Positions 30,989 to 32,000 of a stretch of DNA of 32,000 nucleotides are shown piece by piece (positions within the stretch are counted from its first letter, which is position 1; each line of letters opens with the position of its first letter). Source of the stretch: Sinomonas terrae. Its GTDB lineage: Bacteria; Actinomycetota; Actinomycetes; Actinomycetales; Micrococcaceae. The translations under genes were made by a program, and so were the position numbers. Location of the stretch: NCBI RefSeq assembly GCF_022539255.1, contig NZ_JAKZBV010000001.1, forward strand, positions 190,601 through 222,600. Direction: 5' to 3'. The notes under the pieces were generated by a model. That model saw only the letters and a list, made by a program, of their open reading frames with translations, made no database searches and was not told where the DNA came from.

Positions 30989-31873
30989 TTAGCTGCGGGT
31001 CTCGACGCGCCACTTCGAGAAGTGGCGTTCGAGGGCAACGAGGAGGGAATTCACGGCGAGCCCGAGGAGCGAGACCGTGAGGATTCCGGCGTACATGTCG
31101 GGGATGAGGAAGCTCGACTGCGCATTGATGATCAGGTAGCCGAGCCCGGCCTTCGCCCCGACCATCTCGGCGGCGATGAGCACGAGAATCGAGGCGGTTC
31201 CCGCCATCCGGATGCCCGTGAAGATCGTGGGGACAGCCGAGGGCAGGATCACCTTGCGAAACAGGGCGAGGCTCGAGAGCCCGAGCGAGCGGGCCGCCCG
31301 GACGAGCAGTGGGTCTACCGTGCGGACCCCCGCGATCGTATTGAGCAGAACGGGGAAGAACGCGGCGTACGCGACAATCGTGATCTTCGATTCCTCGCCG
31401 ATGCCCAGCAGGAGCGTGAACACCGGCAGGAGTGCGAGAGCCGCGGTGTTGCGGAACACCTCGAGCAGGGGCGTGATGAAGGTGTTGAGCGGGCGATACC
31501 ACGTGATCAGCAGGCCGGCTGCGACTCCGAGGACGACGGCGACGCCGAACCCTGCGATCGAGCGCGTCAGGCTCGCCCCGATGTGGTTTTCGAGCGCTCC
31601 GGTTGCGAGGAGACGCCAAGTTGCCGTGAGGACCTCATGCAGCGGCGGGAGGAAGACGCGGGTCGACGGCGGCGCGAACCACTGCGGCCCGATCTCCCAC
31701 AAGAGTAGGAAGGCGACGATTGCCGCGGACTTCCAGACGGCGGTTCGGACGACGGCGAGCAGTCGCCTAGTGAGGCGGCGTGTGGGCGCGGCTTGGCTCG
31801 CCGTCATGGGGCCTTCGGTTGCGTCGGCCCCGGAATTGGCCTTGGCCTGGATCGGAGCGGTGAGGGTGCTCAT
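30989..31873 (-). CDS. ABC transporter permease (sulfonate/nitrate/taurine, SsuC/TauC type)
   Basis: The binding-protein-dependent permease EAA-like loop reads VRAARSLGLSSLALFRKVILPSAVPTIFTGIRMA. Multiple TM helices are present. It is clustered with tauD and the LLM monooxygenase. The start is uncertain, 31873 or an internal ATG near 31807. Confidence 0.82.
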   Translation of the reverse strand: MSTLTAPIQAKANSGADATEGPMTASQAAPTRRLTRRLLAVVRTAVWKSAAIVAFLLLWEIGPQWFAPPSTRVFLPPLHEVLTATWRLLATGALENHIGASLTRSIAGFGVAVVLGVAAGLLITWYRPLNTFITPLLEVFRNTAALALLPVFTLLLGIGEESKITIVAYAAFFPVLLNTIAGVRTVDPLLVRAARSLGLSSLALFRKVILPSAVPTIFTGIRMAGTASILVLIAAEMVGAKAGLGYLIINAQSSFLIPDMYAGILTVSLLGLAVNSLLVALERHFSKWRVETRS

Positions 31874-32000
31874 CAGGCGGGAATCCTTTCTGCGGTGGCC
31901 CGGCGCACCTCGTCATGGAGGAGGTTCCAGACCCTGTGCCGGTAGTCGACGAAGGCGGGATCCGAGCGGATGTCCGCCTCGTCGTCGTGCGCGGGAAGGT
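31873..32000 (-). CDS. Probable ABC transporter ATP-binding protein, C-terminal fragment (rest lies beyond the window)
   Basis: An open minus-strand frame ends in ...LPAHDDEADIRSDPAFVDYRHRVWNLLHDEVRRATAERIPA with its stop at 31873-31875, overlapping the permease ATG (ATGA). The function is assigned from operon context only. Confidence 0.4.
   Translation of the reverse strand, partial: LPAHDDEADIRSDPAFVDYRHRVWNLLHDEVRRATAERIPA

Overview
The window is very GC-rich with strong third-position GC bias, which fits a motile high-GC actinobacterium (Actinomycetota). All calls come from reading the supplied translations and the DNA by eye; no homology search was run.

Layout:
1. 1-3950: the distal end of a flagellar export locus. 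It holds flhB (5' truncated), flhA, an FlhF-position gene whose GTPase motifs are all degenerate, and csrA.
2. 3951-9700: a patchy, partly lower-GC accessory stretch. It holds a hemerythrin, an orphan HigA-type antitoxin/XRE, an MBL-fold hydrolase and a ChaB/Rho_N protein. It also holds a MarR-controlled minus-strand operon: membrane protein, a decayed SDR with three 1-nt deletions, a PhnB/VOC-like protein and an APH-type kinase.
3. 9711-18430: one tightly coupled operon for a group 1h (formerly group 5, high-affinity or 'atmospheric H2') [NiFe]-hydrogenase. The gene order is hypA, hypB, hhyS, hhyL, a NifU/Rieske-like FeS protein, three conserved proteins of unknown function, a 39-codon membrane micro-ORF absent from the ORF track, the maturation endopeptidase, then hypC.
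4. 18442-23559: a convergent unknown gene whose C-terminus looks HypC-like, a Tat-lipoprotein ABC importer of the FecB/BtuF class, and a NiCoT nickel/cobalt permease.
5. 23564-32000: a homoserine-dehydrogenase-family gene, a FliA/WhiG-type sigma factor preceded by twin GACATGTC palindromes, pntAA-pntAB-pntB, and a minus-strand sulfonate-type cluster (ABC ATPase and permease, TauD, LLM monooxygenase).

I saw no rRNA, tRNA, CRISPR array, transposase or integrase.

The most interesting material is the five-gene uncharacterised module inside the hydrogenase operon (including the unannotated micro-protein), the HypC-like convergent gene combined with absent hypDEF, the pseudo-GTPase FlhF-like protein, and the paired palindromic operators upstream of the flagellar sigma factor.
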